Below, piece after piece: positions 57,673 to 64,000 of a DNA stretch of 64,000 bases. The notes beneath the pieces are model-generated. The model was not told the origin of the DNA. It worked only from the letters and a program-made list of their open reading frames with translations, and made no database searches. The translations under genes and the position numbers were made by a program. The stretch lies in NCBI GenBank assembly GCA_964016885.1, contig OZ024741.1, forward strand, positions 269,328,001-269,392,000, written 5' to 3'. Source of the stretch: Eledone cirrhosa (Eukaryota). Within the stretch, counting starts at the first letter, position 1, and every line of letters starts with the position of its first letter.

Positions 57673-58020
57673 TAGAAAGATAACAAGATCCGAAGGTAGC
57701 TTGTTCAATCAGCGCCACTTTTGATCTTTTCACCGAACCAACTTATCAGTTGTAATGGCAACTTCTAGAAATAGATAATTCCTTTCTAAGTATATCTTAT
57801 TATACTTGTTAAACCAAAGCTATCAAACATCTCTCTTACCAACTTATTCCCTTTCTAAATCGATTTCATACAATCCATTTGCTAACACTTCTGTAAAGTG
57901 CAGTAGTAGGCATTTTTATTCAGTGAACTCAACTCTTTTCGAAATATGAGATATCGATCGATATCTTGAATTGACAATTGGGCGCAATTTTCGAAAGTAT
58001 AATATAAATATATATATATA

Positions 58021-58225
58021 GTGGTAGAACACTGGAAGGTAATATCCGTAGTGGTAGAGCACTCAGTCCATGGGACGAGTTAGGTAGAAGTGGTTACACA
58101 ACAGTTAGTTCACCATACCGAGAACAATTGTTTCACCTTAGCGGATCCTCAGCTCGTAATGAGGATCCGCTAAGGTGAAACAATTGTTCTCGGTATGGTG
58201 AACTAACTGTTGTGTAACCACTTCT
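58021..58225. mobile_element. TA-flanked perfect hairpin insertion with HHR
   Basis: Arms 58085-58151 and 58160-58226; HHR on minus 58119-58156: CGAG-CTGAGGA-tCCgctaaGGt-GAAA-CAATTG-TT/CTCG. Confidence 0.88.
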
Positions 58226-58243
58226 ATATATATATCTATCTAG

Positions 58244-59764
<1,521 letters not shown>

Positions 59765-59802
59765 ATATATATATATATATATATATATAAATATATATAT
59801 AT

Positions 59803-60180
59803 GTAGAATGTGAGTAATATTTTAGAACAATAAAACTATGCATATACAGATAAGTAGCAGTCAACAGTTGGTAGAACTGGAGTATATATTAAAGAAGAAA
59901 TTAAAATATGGTTAAAGAAGTTCCAGATATTTTATTATGCGCATTTCGAAAACAACATCATCCTGGGACAAAAATTGTGTTCTCATCAGATAAAATAAAG
60001 TAACATGATATGAGGTTTATATGTACGTTTTGCAATTTCTTGTTGACAAGTGTTTTTAGGCCTCATATCATGTTACCTTATTTTATCTGATGAGAACACA
60101 ATTTTTGTCCCAGGATGATGTTGTTTTCGAAATGCGCATAATAAAATATATAGAACTTCTTTAACCATCTTTTAATTTCT

Positions 60181-60187
<7 letters not shown>
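59803..60187. mobile_element. TA-flanked inverted insertion with an HHR in each arm
   Basis: Arms about 59885-60015 and 60061-60190; HHR 60079-60148: TATTTTAT-CTGATGA..GAAA-TGCGCA-TA/ATAAAATA. Confidence 0.88.
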
Positions 60188-60238
<51 letters not shown>

Positions 60239-60244
<6 letters not shown>

Positions 60245-60460
60245 AAGTTAAATAAAAAGTCAAATGTTTAAAATTTAGCTTCGTTTATTACTGCTATATA
60301 TATTTCAGTGACAGCCATCTTCGGCTGTGACCTCTTCAGGCAGTTTGAATTAGTATGGTATAGACAAGTACATATGTTGTTGAGGTGTATAATATTGTCA
60401 ATACTCTGACATGCCCAGTTCCTGGTTGGGTTGTTATTTCACTGAGGAACTGGAATCATA
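60239..60460 (-). mobile_element. Family E fragment with HHR (60291-60343)
   Basis: Reverse complement of about 45990-46210. Confidence 0.88.
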
Positions 60461-60469
60461 AACTCAAAA

Positions 60470-60536
<67 letters not shown>

Positions 60537-61269
60537 ATTCATTATTTAACGATCGTTTCTAGGGTATATATGTGTTATAATTGGTATGCATATTCGACAG
60601 ATCTATGTACAAAATTATACAAAATTATACAAATTATCAAGATTAAATATACATACCTAACACATATATACGCCGTCTTCAGAAATAATGAAGTATATTT
60701 ATTGATAATAACAACAATTCAAAATATCAGTTCAAAATTGACCAATGAAAACACAAAGGGTTAAAAGCAGTTCGGTGTGTGTATATACATGTAAAATCCT
60801 TACACATATTTTACAAAAATGTGTGTATAATTTGTATACGCATATTAAAAAGATGGATGCAAACACAAAATTTCAAGGTTAATATCTCTGTAAGCTTAAT
60901 GCGCTGATAAGATGCGCATTGATACTTATGGAGTCAAGCATATAAATATATTTTTTCATACTCACACATATCAGTATAATCACACATACATGCGCGTATA
61001 TGCATAAATATACACATAACCACGAACATACAAACACACACACTCCCCCACTCACATTTATATATGTGGATATAAAATCATAAGCACATAGAAATTAAGT
61101 CACTCACATAAAACACTGGCACACACATTTCAAGATCAAGATACAGAAATTAGGTGGGAGGGGGGGGAGGGGTCAGTATTCAATTGTCTGAGCAGACTGC
61201 CTAATGTAAATGTATCTATAAATTAAGAAAAATAAAAAAATAAAACAATAAAATATAATAAATTTAATA

Positions 61270-61512
61270 TAATATACATACACATACAGATATATATACA
61301 CATACATACATGTACGCGCACATAGAGATATTTACGCATACACACATACACACATACATATACAGTCATACACACACATACACTTACACGAACATACACA
61401 TACACATATAAAAAGATATATATATACACACACACACGCGCAACACATACATACATACACATATATATAAAAAATAGATAATAAAGATATATATCCATAT
61501 ATATATATATAT

Positions 61513-61561
<49 letters not shown>

Positions 61562-61656
61562 TATACATATACATACACATACATCTAAATATACATACAC
61601 ATACATATACACATACATGTACATACACGTACATACATATACGCACATCGATATAC

Positions 61657-61697
<41 letters not shown>

Positions 61698-61965
61698 CAC
61701 TCACATAGACATATAGATACATACACACACAGCTTACATACACACGTATATATATATATATATAGATGTACCTTCATACATAGAATTAGATATATAATCA
61801 TACATACATATGCACCTACTTATACTCATATATATAAATACATACGCTTCCATATATGTGTATATACATAAAAAACAATACAACCTCACCAAACTCAGAC
61901 ATACAAATAAAAATAATAATTAAAAGGCATATGTATATACATACACACACGCATTAATAGAGATG

Positions 61966-62000
<35 letters not shown>

Positions 62001-62034
62001 ATACACATATATAAACATACATACACACACATAT

Positions 62035-62089
<55 letters not shown>

Positions 62090-62095
62090 TAGATT

Positions 62096-62132
<37 letters not shown>

Positions 62133-62576
62133 ATATATATCCACACACTCATACCACCATAAATACACATACAAACACCCACATGTATATATATATATAT
62201 ATCTATATACACACACGTATATATATATACATATATATACATATATACATATACATACACACACATAACATAAAAAACAGACATGCACATACATATATAT
62301 ATATATATTTTATTACTCTTATATATACATATATTATATATACATACACAACCTCACTTATACACATATACACATAAGTTATATTATAATAATAAAGAAT
62401 AATATACATATATACATATACATATACATATACATATATATATATATATATATATACATACATACATACACATACATACATACACATAAATATATACATA
62501 CATAAATACACACATACGAATAAAGACATATATTCACACATAGACACCTATATATATATATATATATATATATATC

Positions 62577-62625
<49 letters not shown>

Positions 62626-63890
62626 ACACACACACACACACACAGACACACATACTCACTCACATATATATATATATATACATATGTGTATGTGTGTGTG
62701 CGCACATACACATATATACACACACACACACAAACACACACAAACACATACATATGCATACGTGCACACACACACACATATATCACATAGATACTAAGAT
62801 AAACATATAAATAGAGAGACATACATATATATACACAACACACATGCACATACATACATACACGCACATACATATACATACATATATACACATATATATA
62901 TATTCCTATATATACAAGCATACACATACATACACATATATACACATACATACACATATACATACAACACATTCACATACACATACATATATAATGCATA
63001 TATATACATATATATACATACATATGTATGTACAATCATATATACACACACAATCTTACATTCATATTTGCATGCTCATATATGTATTTTTATATTTAGA
63101 TATAAATACCCAAACCTATATAGACACCTACCTACATATATATTCATACATAGACGCTTACAAATACAGATGATAATAGTATGGGGGAAAGGGGGGGGTT
63201 GGAGAAGGGGATCAAAGTAAATATATGTTTCAAGAAACATATAATATTTTCCGTATCTTAATTCAATGTATGTTCTTACATATTTTCAGTGCTAGGAAAT
63301 ACGAAATCTATGCATCTCAAAATAAATAAGTATACCATTAATCATATGTTAACCAAACCAAAGATAGTCAACATATTGATTTCTAAGGTGTAAATTAGTT
63401 AGGTTTATAATATTTGAAGCAGAATTTTGAAGTCAAACAGTAGTAGATTATTAATTACATTATAACTAAATTAAAGTTAATAACGTTATGGTATCAATAT
63501 TAGGAGATGAATTTAGTAATAGGGAAAAGAAACCCAAATAAAAATAAAATAAAGTATTACATCGGTAGTAGCATATAAATTATATGTTAACTAAATTAAA
63601 AATTATATATTTATTTCAATAGTATACGTTAATTAGTATATGTTAATTAGGTATACAATACATAAAGCAGATATTGTATTTCATCAATAGCATAATATAA
63701 TTATATGCAAATAGAAATCAAAATTAATACGCATACATATACATATACATACACATACACATATACATACATATACACACATATATATATATATATATAT
63801 ATACATATATATACATATATACACATATATATATACATACAGATACACATACACAACACACACATATACATACACATATACATATACATA
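61270..63890. repeat. Extended (CA/TA) low-complexity region
   Basis: Direct reading. Confidence 0.9.
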
Positions 63891-64000
63891 TCTTTTTAAA
63901 AAATTGCACAGAATATATTAACTAGGTATATATCCAAAACACATCGCATTCTATGATTACATGACATTCTGCAATTCGTCTGTATAAGGATACTAATTTT

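Overview
AT-rich, repeat-saturated animal genomic DNA. The SINE family and microsatellite load suggest an octopus or other coleoid cephalopod (inference). I found no intact host gene; most long ORFs in the track are (TA)n/(CA)n translation artefacts. Contents: degraded Penelope-like retroelements (PLEs; RT + C-terminal GIY-YIG), four Tx1/L1-clade LINE copies, RTE and CRE-like 3' fragments, tRNA-derived SINEs, non-autonomous Helitrons, 32-bp and 84-bp satellites, and two paralogous pseudo-exons. The main signal is about a dozen sequence-distinct families of short non-coding insertions sitting in (TA)n tracts. Most are head-to-head inverted duplications with both 3' ends pointing outward, and most carry a type I hammerhead ribozyme (HHR) that I parsed by eye. 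Highlights: (i) ORF-less tandem HHR monomers (about 467 and 547 nt; retrozyme-like), one fused to a PLE; (ii) an insertion whose junctions fall exactly on a predicted HHR cleavage site; (iii) a 271-nt tandem/inverted unit with the same architecture that has no HHR but carries an anticodon-less tRNA mimic. All coordinates and folds are by eye and need computational confirmation.
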